From an uncultured Pseudomonadales bacterium (GTDB lineage: Bacteria; Patescibacteriota; Microgenomatia; UBA1400; PJMF01): a stretch of 64,000 nucleotides of DNA. Shown here piece by piece: positions 52,212-62,330 of the stretch. Positions within the stretch are counted from its first letter, which is position 1; each line of letters opens with the position of its first letter. The notes beneath the pieces are model-generated. The model was given only the letters and a program-made list of their open reading frames with translations, made no database searches and was not told the DNA's origin. The stretch lies in the NCBI GenBank assembly GCA_964457085.1, contig CAYWDM010000002.1:3816-67815 (forward strand), written 5' to 3'. Made by a program: the position numbers and the translations under genes.

Positions 52212-52829
52212 ATGCTCGATAAAGAACGCAAACAATTATCGCAATCGTTATCAGCTTTTTACCAAAAGCCAGTTGCAAAAGTATCTATTGAACTGTTTTT
52301 ATCAATTGGAGCAGTGATATTTTTTGCGGTGTTTGCCATTCGACCAACACTACTGACTATGTCTGACCTAATCAAGGAAATTGAGGACAAGCGACAACTT
52401 GATAAGCAAATGGCACAGAAAATCGCTTCGCTGTCATCAGCTCAATCGGAGTTCATCAAAAATCAAGATCGATTTGTGGTGCTTGATAGTGCTGTGCCAA
52501 CTGGTCCAGATCTCCTCAATTTGTTTAAAATTCTTGAGAAACTAGCTTCTGAACAACAAATTGTGATTACAGCGTTATCGCTAGCTGAAGTTCCTAAAGA
52601 TGTTCCTCTTGATACCACTTTTGAACAACTTGAGAGAAAAAATCTTGTTTTTTCACTGGGAGTTACTGGAGATTATGGCGGTATTCGCAATATGGTTGAT
52701 CAAATCTCTAAGTCTCAGCGAACCATAGTTGTCGATAAGATTATTTTTTCGGTGGGAGATGTTAGGGGTGCCAAGCGACTTGATGCAGTGATTTCAATTA
52801 ATGCACCATATTATGGATTAAAGAAATGA
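52212..52829 (+). CDS. pilO: Type IV pilus assembly protein PilO-like
   Basis: N-terminal TM segment followed by a coiled coil, lying downstream of pilN. Confidence 0.4.
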   Translation: MLDKERKQLSQSLSAFYQKPVAKVSIELFLSIGAVIFFAVFAIRPTLLTMSDLIKEIEDKRQLDKQMAQKIASLSSAQSEFIKNQDRFVVLDSAVPTGPDLLNLFKILEKLASEQQIVITALSLAEVPKDVPLDTTFEQLERKNLVFSLGVTGDYGGIRNMVDQISKSQRTIVVDKIIFSVGDVRGAKRLDAVISINAPYYGLKK

Positions 52830-53419
52830 ACCCTAAAACATTTGCAGAACAATTTGCAGTCATAAAGAGTCAAAAAATTTTGATGATAGGTTTTTTGTTC
52901 TTATTTGTGATTGTAATTTTTTGGATTGGCTTGAGCATGTTTGGTTCTCAAACGAAATTTGCAGTCTCAAAAGAGTTAAGAGATCTCTCTAAACCACTTA
53001 CTCCAACAGTTAAAGACAGTGTGTTAAGTGCTATCGAACAAAAACGGAGCTTTACTCCAGAAGAATTAATTGGCTTCACTATTTATAAAGTGATTGAAGA
53101 AAAAGGCTCCATTGCTAAATCGCGTTTGGTGGATATTGGATATGTGCCACCAGATGATTCAGTAAATATTGGAACCCTACCCACAGCAAAGCCGGGTGGA
53201 TTAAGCACATTTCTAGATGAAAACCCATCGTATGCTGATGCAACTGACAGTGCACAACCTTCTGACATATCAGGAGAAGTCGTCGATGGTCCAAGCGATA
53301 GCGGATCTGTAATACTGCCCGATTCAGAAGATCCTGAAGCGAGTAGCGCCTCAACAATTCAGCCGCAACCAAGCTCGGTTACGACTCAACCAACCCCAAC
53401 ACCAGCCGCCACTCCTTGA
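52826..53419 (+). CDS. Hypothetical membrane-anchored protein with Pro/Ser/Thr-rich C-terminus
   Basis: N-terminal TM segment and a low-complexity tail. Its start overlaps the pilO stop. Confidence 0.35.
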   Translation: MNPKTFAEQFAVIKSQKILMIGFLFLFVIVIFWIGLSMFGSQTKFAVSKELRDLSKPLTPTVKDSVLSAIEQKRSFTPEELIGFTIYKVIEEKGSIAKSRLVDIGYVPPDDSVNIGTLPTAKPGGLSTFLDENPSYADATDSAQPSDISGEVVDGPSDSGSVILPDSEDPEASSASTIQPQPSSVTTQPTPTPAATP

Positions 53420-53496
53420 AGATTCTGGTTTTTTTCGCCTTGTAATATTCTCAAAACATACCTACAGTAATACACAGACAACTTGGCTTGTCTGTG

Positions 53497-55194
53497 ATGG
53501 TTATGCAACCTGTCCAAACTAAAAGCAGCTTTTTACAGAAACAAATCCCTACTTTAGTTGGTGTTGTGGTGTTGGTCGGTGCCATGATTGCTGGTTTATT
53601 TATGTTTAGTGAGGGTACCGGCGTGTTTGCACCTCGAGCCACACCGCAGACAACTCCTAAGCAAGTCAAAATTACCAACGTTGCTGATAAAGCCTTTACT
53701 ATTTCTTTTTACACAGACGAGGCCACAGCTGGTTTTGTGAAATACGGCACTACCGACAAGGAGCTAAGCTTACAAGCTAGTGATGACCGCGATCAGCTTT
53801 CTGGTTCGGTGGGTAAATACACATTGCATCACATCACACTTAAAGGACTCAAGCCAAATTCTCAATATTTCTTTACTTTAGGAACTGGCTCAGGAACGGT
53901 GTATGATAACAATGGTTCGCCATTCAACATCAAAACCACTACAGAAGTCAGCGGACCACCTCCTGTTTCTAAAACTGTATACGGATCAGTAAACAACGCC
54001 GGCGGTACTCCTGCAGATGGTAGTGTCGTGTATTTAGCGATCGAAGGTCACAATGAAATGTCTGCTCTAGTCAAGCCTTCAGGTAGCTGGGCAATCTCAC
54101 TGTCTAATGCGCGTACAAAAGCAGAAGGAACATACGCTAGTTTGAAGGACGAGGACATATTGAATGTTTTTGTGCAAGGTATCCAATTGGCTCAAACAAC
54201 TCAAACAACTGTGGCGCTTAAAAATGCACAGCCAGTTGCGGATTTGGCTTTAGGAGCTGGAGGGAGTTCTGTAGCGGAAACAGTCCCAACTCCTGAAACA
54301 ACTGTTGAGCCGATAGCATCAAGTAGTAGTTTAAGTGCTAGTTCGTTGCAGGGCAGTGCTACAGGCAGTGGAGAACTATCAAATGAACAAGATGTCAGTA
54401 CTGAAAGCACCGGATCTTCTCAAGTAGCGGCTGATTTAGCTGCTGGACTGGGCGGCACTGAGAATGGATCAGTGCCAACTCAAACCCCAACAGAGATTCC
54501 AACTCCCACAGTTGCAGTAATTAGTTCAGAAGGATTAGAAAGTACTAGTACTGAGCCAACACCTGTACCAACAAGTGCTCGCAGCACCCAGACTGCAGTC
54601 AGTTCGGCAAGTGCAGTGCTAAACTTGTCTGAGATCGCAGTTGGTCAAACAGTAGTTACTGGTGAGTCTCCAAAAATCGTTGGACAGGCACCTCCTCGTA
54701 CACAGATAAAAATTGAAGTACATTCAGACACTGAAATCATTCAGACAGTGACCACAACAGATGGCGGTACCTTTGAACTTGATCTATCACAGTATCAAAA
54801 CCTTGATCCAGGCGAGCATACAGTTACTATTACTTACACTGATCCTCAAACTGGCAACGAGGTATCAAAAGTCCAGACTTTTATCGTAGAGGACAAGAGC
54901 TTATTGGCATTGGCTGCTGGACAGGGTGGAAATACTCCGCCATTTGGATCAGGTAATCCATATCCAATCACTACTCCTACGCCAACAACTTCTTCTGGAA
55001 CAATTGATTCGGCAACTGATTCTGCAGGTACAGGGACAGACACATCAACACGTTCAGCAGTTGTTTCTACAACGAGTGGTACTTATAACTCAGGTTCAGT
55101 CGGGCTCACGTTTGCCTTAGTTGGCGGCGGTCTATTCTTTATCTTGACTGGATTATGGAGTGGCTGGCTGGCTGGTAAAGTGAGAGAAGCTTAG
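53497..55194 (+). CDS. Surface protein: N-terminal TM, FN3-like domain, long Ser/Thr-rich region, C-terminal TM segment
   Basis: Contains KQVKITNVADKAFTISFYTDEATAGFVKYGTT (FN3/PAP-N-like). The C-terminus is FALVGGGLFFILTGLWSGWL. Confidence 0.4.
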   Translation: MVMQPVQTKSSFLQKQIPTLVGVVVLVGAMIAGLFMFSEGTGVFAPRATPQTTPKQVKITNVADKAFTISFYTDEATAGFVKYGTTDKELSLQASDDRDQLSGSVGKYTLHHITLKGLKPNSQYFFTLGTGSGTVYDNNGSPFNIKTTTEVSGPPPVSKTVYGSVNNAGGTPADGSVVYLAIEGHNEMSALVKPSGSWAISLSNARTKAEGTYASLKDEDILNVFVQGIQLAQTTQTTVALKNAQPVADLALGAGGSSVAETVPTPETTVEPIASSSSLSASSLQGSATGSGELSNEQDVSTESTGSSQVAADLAAGLGGTENGSVPTQTPTEIPTPTVAVISSEGLESTSTEPTPVPTSARSTQTAVSSASAVLNLSEIAVGQTVVTGESPKIVGQAPPRTQIKIEVHSDTEIIQTVTTTDGGTFELDLSQYQNLDPGEHTVTITYTDPQTGNEVSKVQTFIVEDKSLLALAAGQGGNTPPFGSGNPYPITTPTPTTSSGTIDSATDSAGTGTDTSTRSAVVSTTSGTYNSGSVGLTFALVGGGLFFILTGLWSGWLAGKVREA

Positions 55195-55246
55195 AATTCA
55201 TTCTTCATTATTGAATGGCAGTTGAAAGTCACTCAGTTTTAGGTGA

Positions 55247-56518
55247 TTATTTTTGTGAGATAGCATCCCACAACTCTCTACCGTTTCCCTCGTACCCGAT
55301 TGCCCAAATAGCAATTCCCCCCAGATCTAATTGCTTAGCATATTCGAGCTTGTAGGCGATCGAGCGTTCGTCTTCGTAATGTACAACGTATGTTTTATCA
55401 TCTTCGATGTACGTTAAATATGGTGAGAGAGCCCCTTCATGCCAGTGCATTGTTATTTGTAACTCGGTGCGTTTCTTGAGAAGTTCCTGGACATTGTCAT
55501 AGCTAAACGTTGAGCCTGTATTTGGATAGGTAGTAGCTTGGGGATCAACGCTCGTGGTCTGCCAACCATATCCATAAAAGGGAATCCCCAGTAACAATTT
55601 ATTTTTTACAGTAACTGATAAAAACTGTTTAATATACTGATTAATGTCACTTTGCCAGAATTCTTGGCCGCCAAAAAGTGGTGCCACTGGGCCAGCAGTG
55701 GGAGAGGATCGCAGATGAAAATCGTAGGCCATGATAATTATGTGGTCAACGTGTGGTGCTATAGCAGCAACGTCCCAGATTAATGGCTTTGAGGCTGCGC
55801 TAGCATACATATCTATTGAAAGACTCACGCCTTTATATTTGCTATTTACGTGTGTTCGCAGAGTTTTGATAAATGTAACAAGTTGCCTCCGTAGTTCAGG
55901 GGTTGCTTCTCCCGCATATTCAATATCTAAATTGATACCACTAATTGGATAAGCTAATAAAATTGAATCGAGTGAATCCAGAGTTGCTTGGTGAGCACTG
56001 GGGCTTGCTAAAAATGTTTCTATCGATTTGTTATCAAATTGTGTCAGGACAATGTCAATTTTACCTTTGTTCTTTTTAACTTGATTGGCGAGTTCGAGCA
56101 ATTTATCTGAATCGAGTTTTGCATAGCCCGGCTCGACGGTTTGATCAGAATTAACTGTTTTGATTTGTCCATCTGCACCAATTCCGAGAGAAAAGTAAGC
56201 GAGATGGGTAATTTCAGGTTGGATGGTGGTTTTAGACAGGTTCCAGTAAGGCAGGAATGCATAGACTATTTTTTGTTCGGTCAAAAAAGGTTTTTTGACA
56301 CTTTCACCCTTTAAGAATTGAAATGAAGTGACGCCAGATAACGGTGATAACAATGGTTCGTCATAAAAATGCCACAAAACACCTAGAATGGTGAGTGAAA
56401 GACCAAGTAAACTTAAAATAGTCCATTTGATTTTGGCACGCTGTGACCGCCACCAAGAAAGCTGAACGATAATAGACACTCGATTCGGCAGAGCTTTTTG
56501 GAAGATTTTATTGGCCAT
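55247..56518 (-). CDS. Glycoside hydrolase family 18-like protein (N-terminal TM anchor)
   Basis: Contains the GH18 catalytic-region variant SGINLDIEYAG (xGxNxDxE). Confidence 0.55.
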   Translation of the reverse strand: MANKIFQKALPNRVSIIVQLSWWRSQRAKIKWTILSLLGLSLTILGVLWHFYDEPLLSPLSGVTSFQFLKGESVKKPFLTEQKIVYAFLPYWNLSKTTIQPEITHLAYFSLGIGADGQIKTVNSDQTVEPGYAKLDSDKLLELANQVKKNKGKIDIVLTQFDNKSIETFLASPSAHQATLDSLDSILLAYPISGINLDIEYAGEATPELRRQLVTFIKTLRTHVNSKYKGVSLSIDMYASAASKPLIWDVAAIAPHVDHIIIMAYDFHLRSSPTAGPVAPLFGGQEFWQSDINQYIKQFLSVTVKNKLLLGIPFYGYGWQTTSVDPQATTYPNTGSTFSYDNVQELLKKRTELQITMHWHEGALSPYLTYIEDDKTYVVHYEDERSIAYKLEYAKQLDLGGIAIWAIGYEGNGRELWDAISQK

Positions 56519-59063
56519 CAGGCTGAGTCACGGTATATTGCTCGTACTTAGTTTTTCCCTGCTCATCTGTTTGTCGAGAGCAATCAGAGCAATAGCCTTG
56601 AGTAATTGGGTCTTGGTACATAATTCTTTCTTGCAACTGCAATCCATCTGTGGATTCTCCAGGAGCTGGAGGTAGACCAGTATCCGCTTTGACCCAAATT
56701 TGTTGTTTTTCCATTTTAGAGAGTGACGGCTGGCCTCTTTTCCAGAATAGTTCGTTATATCTGGGGGAGCAACCATCTTTTGATAAGTCAGGTGGAAAGC
56801 CGTTGGCACAGACCATTGCTTGGGCAACATCATCTGGCTTGATTTGCCAAATTGGCTCACGATTTTTCAATATTTCTGACATGATGCTGTTAAAAATTGG
56901 TGCAGCACCGGTAATTCCAGAGGTGAGATAACTCATTGAGGAACCGTCATTATTTCCCACCCAAGTCATTACTAAAAATTCAGGGGTAAATCCGACCGTC
57001 CAGTTGTCTTTCATGTCATTGGTAGTGCCTGTTTTTGCACTAACTACCTGACCTTTAATAACTAATTTATTGTTGGTGCCAAATGCTTGCTGCCTGGCAG
57101 TGTTATCTTGCATGATGTGACTGGCTAAATATGCTGGAGCACGATGCATCACTCGTTCTAGATCATTTTTAGATGATTCATCATCATTTTCAGTTAGATA
57201 CGTTAAGTTTCGTTTGCGTTCTTCAGGGTCAATAGTATCCATCACAGCACCTTTATAATCTTCGATTTTGAGAATTGGAGTTAGGGGAACTTTGACACCT
57301 TCATTTGCTAAGACACTAAATACTTGTGTCATGTCGATCATCTTTACTTCGCCACCACCAAGTGTTAATGAAAGACCATAGTTTTCAGGTTTTTTCCATG
57401 TAGTGATGCCCATTTTCGTGGCTTGTTGCATGAAGCGTGGTACGCCAACTGTTGTCAGTGCTTTCACGGCGGTAATGTTAAGTGAATTACCCAGTGATTG
57501 ACGCACACTGACCGGCCCTTTGAAGTCACCACTGTAGTTTTTCGGACAATAATCCTTTTGACCGCGAACAGTGAAACAAGTGGGAATATCTAATAAGACC
57601 GTGCCTGGGTTGAGGGTTTTATCTTCAAATGTAGTGGCGTACATGATTGGTTTAATCGATGAGCCAGGTTGTCTTTCCGCAATGGTGACGTTCACTTGGC
57701 CATCGGCAGCTGTGTCGAAGTAGTCTTTGCTTCCAACCATTGCTAGAATCTCACCCGTATTTGGCTTGACGATCATGGCAGCACCATTGCCAACCCTCAT
57801 GCGTTTGAGGCCAGCAACTTCTGCAGACACTGATGCTTGTGCCATTTTTTGTAGGTTTAAATCGAGTGTAGTGTGGACACGTAAACCACCTTTTTCTACG
57901 ACATCCTCGCCATATTTTTGGTAGAGCAGGTCTTTAACATAAAATACAAAATGAGGGGCTTGGATGTCAGTCTGGGTGAGTGCATAGTGTAAAACGTCTG
58001 ACTTGGTTTTTTCCGCTTCAGCAGCCGTGATGTATTCTTCTTCAACCATCCGACGAAGGACTTCTGCTTGCCGTTTTTTTGCACGATCAGGCTCTGAGCC
58101 AAATGGTGAGTAGGTGCTGGGTGCCTGAGGCAAACCAGCCAAAAGACTTGCCTCGGCAAGATTCAAATCTTTGGCATTTTTATTAAAATATTTTTTGGCT
58201 GCAGATTCGATACCGACTGATGTCCCCCCATACGAAATGTAATTGAGGTACATTTCTAGGATCTCTTGTTTTGAATAAATCATTTCAGTCATGACCGACA
58301 ATACAGCCTCTTTGGCTTTACGCTTCAAGGATTTTTCTGGGGTGAGTAGGGCATTTTTGACAAGTTGTTGAGTAATTGTTGATCCGCCCTCGATTTTTTC
58401 ACCTTTTAAATTAGTAATGATGGCTCGAGCAATGCCTTCAACATCAAAACCAAAATGTTGATAGAAATTTTTATCTTCGATAGCAATTGCTGCCTGACCT
58501 ACGTAAGGAGGGAGTGACTCAATTTTTATTGGGGTTCGGTTTTCATCTCCGAAAATTTCATATAACAAAATGCCATTGCGATCAAAAATCTGAGTACTAA
58601 CTGCAAAGTTTTCAGTCGAGGTGAGTCTGCGGGGTGAGGGTAAGTCCTTAATCACGTAAGTGAGAACAATGGCACTACACAGCAGCACTAATATGAGTAG
58701 TGCTCTCGCTATTGGATTAAGGATTGGAAAAAAGATGACTTTTACTAATACTAACCACAATGGTTGTGCCCTACGCTTTCTTTGATCTGAGTGTTCTTTT
58801 GTGGCTTGTTGTTTTTTGTGTCGGTTGAAGATTTTTTCTTGTCGATTTTTCTTCTGCATCACTAGCCAACCCCAGATTTTTGATGCTGAGAGTCTTTGAG
58901 GTACTGAGTTACTTTTTAATGCAGTAGTAGTGGCTCGGGGAAAAACAGTATGACCATCAGAACTGGTTTCGATTGGAGTAGACCCTTTGAGAACTGCCTT
59001 GATTTTTCTAGGAGTAAGATGGCTTGGTGGTCTGGTTAGATGGAGACGTTTGCGATCTATCAT
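56508..59063 (-). CDS. mrcA: Class A penicillin-binding protein (PBP1A-type transglycosylase/transpeptidase)
   Basis: GT51 motifs are present (..IEDKNFYQHFGFDVEGIARA.., ..GGSTITQQLVKN..). The transpeptidase motifs SxxK (GSSIKP), SxN and KTGT are also present. Confidence 0.85.
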   Translation of the reverse strand: MIDRKRLHLTRPPSHLTPRKIKAVLKGSTPIETSSDGHTVFPRATTTALKSNSVPQRLSASKIWGWLVMQKKNRQEKIFNRHKKQQATKEHSDQRKRRAQPLWLVLVKVIFFPILNPIARALLILVLLCSAIVLTYVIKDLPSPRRLTSTENFAVSTQIFDRNGILLYEIFGDENRTPIKIESLPPYVGQAAIAIEDKNFYQHFGFDVEGIARAIITNLKGEKIEGGSTITQQLVKNALLTPEKSLKRKAKEAVLSVMTEMIYSKQEILEMYLNYISYGGTSVGIESAAKKYFNKNAKDLNLAEASLLAGLPQAPSTYSPFGSEPDRAKKRQAEVLRRMVEEEYITAAEAEKTKSDVLHYALTQTDIQAPHFVFYVKDLLYQKYGEDVVEKGGLRVHTTLDLNLQKMAQASVSAEVAGLKRMRVGNGAAMIVKPNTGEILAMVGSKDYFDTAADGQVNVTIAERQPGSSIKPIMYATTFEDKTLNPGTVLLDIPTCFTVRGQKDYCPKNYSGDFKGPVSVRQSLGNSLNITAVKALTTVGVPRFMQQATKMGITTWKKPENYGLSLTLGGGEVKMIDMTQVFSVLANEGVKVPLTPILKIEDYKGAVMDTIDPEERKRNLTYLTENDDESSKNDLERVMHRAPAYLASHIMQDNTARQQAFGTNNKLVIKGQVVSAKTGTTNDMKDNWTVGFTPEFLVMTWVGNNDGSSMSYLTSGITGAAPIFNSIMSEILKNREPIWQIKPDDVAQAMVCANGFPPDLSKDGCSPRYNELFWKRGQPSLSKMEKQQIWVKADTGLPPAPGESTDGLQLQERIMYQDPITQGYCSDCSRQTDEQGKTKYEQYTVTQPDGQ

Positions 59064-59128
59064 GGCATGAAACTCGATGTATAATTTAATTCTACTATAG
59101 ACTTATCGCGACATAAGAAAAAGACTAT

Positions 59129-59620
59129 ATGTTTGATATTAAAACTCAGTCTTGGTATTTGTATCTTTCACCAGCAGAGCGTTTATTGGTGGACACATCG
59201 GTTCAATTATTAAATCAATCTGCACCAGAAGTATACCCTGATTATAGTTTTGTGGTGTTTCCAATGGCAAAAGCCTATGAAGGGTTTTTAAAGAGTTACT
59301 TTTTTGATTTAGGGCTTATTTCTAAGCAAGTCTATGAGAGTCATCGGTTTAGAATAGGACGTGCTTTTAACCCTGATGTTAATATGGGACAACGCGATGA
59401 CCTTTGGATCTATGATGACGTGGCTCATTTTTGTGGAGAGGTGACTGCTAGAGAAATGTGGGATGCATGGACGCAGTGTCGCAATCAAGTTTTCCATTTT
59501 TTTCCATTGCAGCATCAACCACTATCATTATTAGAAGCAAAGAGGAAAATAAGAAAATTAGCAATGGCTATTGATAGTGCGGTTCACTGTCAGGAACAAG
59601 TAAAAAAACAGTATAATTAG
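59129..59620 (+). CDS. Hypothetical protein
   Basis: 163 aa with no recognisable motifs. Confidence 0.35.
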   Translation: MFDIKTQSWYLYLSPAERLLVDTSVQLLNQSAPEVYPDYSFVVFPMAKAYEGFLKSYFFDLGLISKQVYESHRFRIGRAFNPDVNMGQRDDLWIYDDVAHFCGEVTAREMWDAWTQCRNQVFHFFPLQHQPLSLLEAKRKIRKLAMAIDSAVHCQEQVKKQYN

Positions 59621-59648
59621 GATCGTAAAGTACTTACAAATAATTTCA

Positions 59649-60326
59649 ATGAAGGTAATGGGAAATAATATGTCGTTATTGCATCTTGAGCCACTGGCTG
59701 AATATAAATATCGGAATGTTACCATTTCTGGTTTGCCAGGAAGTGGTTCCACAACTTTACTCAATGAGCTGCGGGAGGGACTGAAGTTCGATAACTGGAC
59801 TGGGTTTAGCGGCGGTGAATTTATGAGAGCGTATGCTGCCGAAAAGGGTCTGTTTGACGCGAACAAAAAGTTGCATCATGACGCTAGTGCATATAGTGAG
59901 GATTTTGATCGCCAGGTTGATATGGGTATTCGAGAAAAGTTGGAAACTGAACATCATCAGATAATTGAGTCATGGTTGTCTGGGTTTTTAGCACAGCAGG
60001 TGCCAAGTGTACTCAAAGTATTGATGGTTTGCAGTGAATACTCTGTTCGAGTTGATCGGATTGTGAATCGTGATGGCATTACTGTGGATGAGGCTAAACA
60101 TCACCTACACGATCGATATCAAACCAATTTTGAGAAATGGTCGCGTATGTACAAGCCCCAGTGGGATAAGTGGGTAGTCGAGACTGGCAGGGCAACTAGT
60201 GAGGAGCCAATTGATTTTTGGAAGAGTGAACTCTACGATATAGTTATTGATACCTACTCTACAAACCAACAACAAGGTTTGGAGATGGTCTTACATGCCC
60301 TACAACAAAAAACACATCAAGGCTAA
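59649..60326 (+). CDS. P-loop NTPase, cytidylate-kinase-like/AAA family
   Basis: Walker A ISGLPGSGSTTL. Confidence 0.45.
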   Translation: MKVMGNNMSLLHLEPLAEYKYRNVTISGLPGSGSTTLLNELREGLKFDNWTGFSGGEFMRAYAAEKGLFDANKKLHHDASAYSEDFDRQVDMGIREKLETEHHQIIESWLSGFLAQQVPSVLKVLMVCSEYSVRVDRIVNRDGITVDEAKHHLHDRYQTNFEKWSRMYKPQWDKWVVETGRATSEEPIDFWKSELYDIVIDTYSTNQQQGLEMVLHALQQKTHQG

Positions 60327-61020
60327 AACTGCGGCACGATCGGTCTCTCGTTCTTCAGGTCTTGTCGTTCCAGCAATAGTGAGTGCAGCTAGCCCCGTAT
60401 TCATTCCGATGGTAGCACTGTGTTTGCTTTTTTGGTTCTTTTATCGGAGTCTATTTGCATTTCCAATCTGGTTTGATGAAATAATTGGTAAAGCACTGTT
60501 TTTTGGGTTACCTGTCTGGCTTTACGTGATGGTCACGGGTACGGCAAAAATTAGTAATACTTTAGCTGCAAGTAAGTTCAAGAGAGGTCTTTCACTTGGT
60601 TTGGCGGTGGGAGGTATTTTAGGTTTTGCAGCTTCACTTTTAGCAGTGATTCAGCGTGGAGGAGGAGTACAGCCTGCTCTGTTATTTGCAGCTGAGGGTT
60701 TTTGGTGGGAGTTTTTCTTGGCGTTGCTGACTGGTTTTTGGGAGACAATCTTCTTTTTTAGTTTTGTGATGGTTACGCTTCAGGATACTTGGAAACGTTG
60801 GCCATTATTTAATCAGGTTGTTTTGGTTGCAATTGTTTTTGTGTTATTTCACTTACCGAACACCATTTTAAGGTTTTCAGGTGCTGCGGTAGCGTATCAG
60901 GCTATCCTGTTGTTCTTATTTGCTCTCGGTCAGGGATTTTTGTTTGCTCGGGAAAAGAACGCCTATGCTTTGGTGTTGTCACATGCCATTTGGGGCATGG
61001 TTTTGTTGGTTCATTTTTAA
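60295..61020 (+). CDS. CPBP-family (CAAX-protease-like) intramembrane metalloprotease, tentative
   Basis: Multi-TM protein carrying ..FWWEFFLALLTGFWETIFF.., ..FVLFHLPN.. (FxxxH) and ..HAIWGMV.. The start is uncertain (60247, 60295 or 60409). Confidence 0.35.
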   Translation: MPYNKKHIKAKTAARSVSRSSGLVVPAIVSAASPVFIPMVALCLLFWFFYRSLFAFPIWFDEIIGKALFFGLPVWLYVMVTGTAKISNTLAASKFKRGLSLGLAVGGILGFAASLLAVIQRGGGVQPALLFAAEGFWWEFFLALLTGFWETIFFFSFVMVTLQDTWKRWPLFNQVVLVAIVFVLFHLPNTILRFSGAAVAYQAILLFLFALGQGFLFAREKNAYALVLSHAIWGMVLLVHF

Positions 61021-61049
61021 ATAATCAAATTTTTCTTTTGTTGTAGCCG

Positions 61050-61619
61050 ATGAGCTTGCATGCATCGTTTATAATAGCTATTCTTCATATGAAGACAGGT
61101 GCGTTTTTTATTCAATCATCATTTTTGTTTGTGGGGCTATTAATTGTAGCGATCTCGCTGTTTTCTGCGAATGATCACAGTTATCGACTAGGAGATTCTG
61201 CCAGTCGTCGTTATTTCTACATTAGCTCAGAAATCCTGCCAGATCACGTTTTGTACCCAATGCTGATGTTGGTTGATCACACCGCACTGCAGTCGACACA
61301 TGACTCAAGTAAACGTATTAAAATCCAAGTAAATTATGCATATCGCAGATTATCTTCAGCGAGTGCATTAGCTGCCAGACATAAGCCAGGGATAGCACTC
61401 TCTACACTAACAAAATCACAGAAATACCTAAATCAGGCTGCTCAAGAAGCCATAGCCACAGGCACGAGAGAAGACAAACAGGTTGTTATTCGTGCAATCA
61501 GCTATCATAACCAGCAAATCAGCCAAATTACTGATGAGAGAGTAACGACCAATCAAGATGTCACTCATCTTAAGAATGAGGCCGAAGCATTAATGAATCA
61601 ATTGCAATCCACACTGTAG
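61050..61619 (+). CDS. Hypothetical membrane-anchored protein
   Basis: N-terminal TM segment with a hydrophilic C-terminus. Confidence 0.35.
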   Translation: MSLHASFIIAILHMKTGAFFIQSSFLFVGLLIVAISLFSANDHSYRLGDSASRRYFYISSEILPDHVLYPMLMLVDHTALQSTHDSSKRIKIQVNYAYRRLSSASALAARHKPGIALSTLTKSQKYLNQAAQEAIATGTREDKQVVIRAISYHNQQISQITDERVTTNQDVTHLKNEAEALMNQLQSTL

Positions 61620-61767
61620 CAATTGATTTTGATGCTGCTGTACTATTTCTTACTTTCTTCAAATTCAAATTTTAACTGATATATCCTGCTTGGATAATTT
61701 TGACATACTTTGTTATATTGACCAGTTAGCTGGGCTGTGAGATTCTTGTTGTCCGACAGTTTCATTA

Positions 61768-61816
61768 ACACAATAAGTTGTATTTATTTAGATATGCGAT
61801 CACAACATATTGTGTT
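61768..61816 (+). promoter_or_regulatory. Two tandem NrdR-box-like palindromes upstream of nrdR-nrdJ
   Basis: ACACAATAAGTTGTAT (61768-61783) and CACAACATATTGTGTT (61801-61816), spaced about 33 bp apart. These resemble the NrdR-box consensus (acaCwAtATaTwGtgt). Confidence 0.45.
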
Positions 61817-61851
61817 TAATAGTCATTATCGGTATATAGAAAGTTTGCCTG

Positions 61852-62322
61852 ATGAATTGTCCATTTTGCAAGCATCCAGAGACTTCAGTAGTTGATTCAA
61901 GAGAAGCTGAAAGTGGTGAAATGATTAGACGGCGTCGCATGTGTAATGGATGCCAGAAACGATTTACCACTTTTGAAAAAGTCGAAGGTCTTGATCTTAA
62001 AGTAATTAAAAAAGATGGTAAGCGTGAAGATTTCAATCATGATAAAGTTCGCCGCGGTTTGATTAAGGCGACCTGGAAACGGCCAGTTTCGATTGAACAG
62101 ATAGAAGAGATCATTGATGACGTTGAGGCTAGGCTGCGTTGTAAAGGTGTGAAGGAGATCAAAAGCTGGGAAATTGGTAATTTAGTGATAAATCGATTGC
62201 GAAAAATAGACAAACTATCCTATTTGCTGTTTGCAAGCGTCTATCGAGATTTTGCGAGTTTAGAAGATTTTCAATCAGAATTAAGTAAATTACTTGATGT
62301 AGATGAACCGACTAAACAATAA
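61852..62322 (+). CDS. nrdR: Transcriptional repressor NrdR
   Basis: Contains MNCPFCKHPETSVVDSR...RRRMCNGCQKRFTTFEK (zinc ribbon) and an ATP-cone domain. Confidence 0.85.
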   Translation: MNCPFCKHPETSVVDSREAESGEMIRRRRMCNGCQKRFTTFEKVEGLDLKVIKKDGKREDFNHDKVRRGLIKATWKRPVSIEQIEEIIDDVEARLRCKGVKEIKSWEIGNLVINRLRKIDKLSYLLFASVYRDFASLEDFQSELSKLLDVDEPTKQ

Positions 62323-62330
62323 AGGAATAT

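Noticed and set aside
60247-60326. Listed start of the CPBP-like ORF at 60247, overlapping the upstream gene by 80 nt
   Set aside because: An internal ATG at 60295 is preceded by a GGAG Shine-Dalgarno sequence and is more plausible. 60409 also remains possible.
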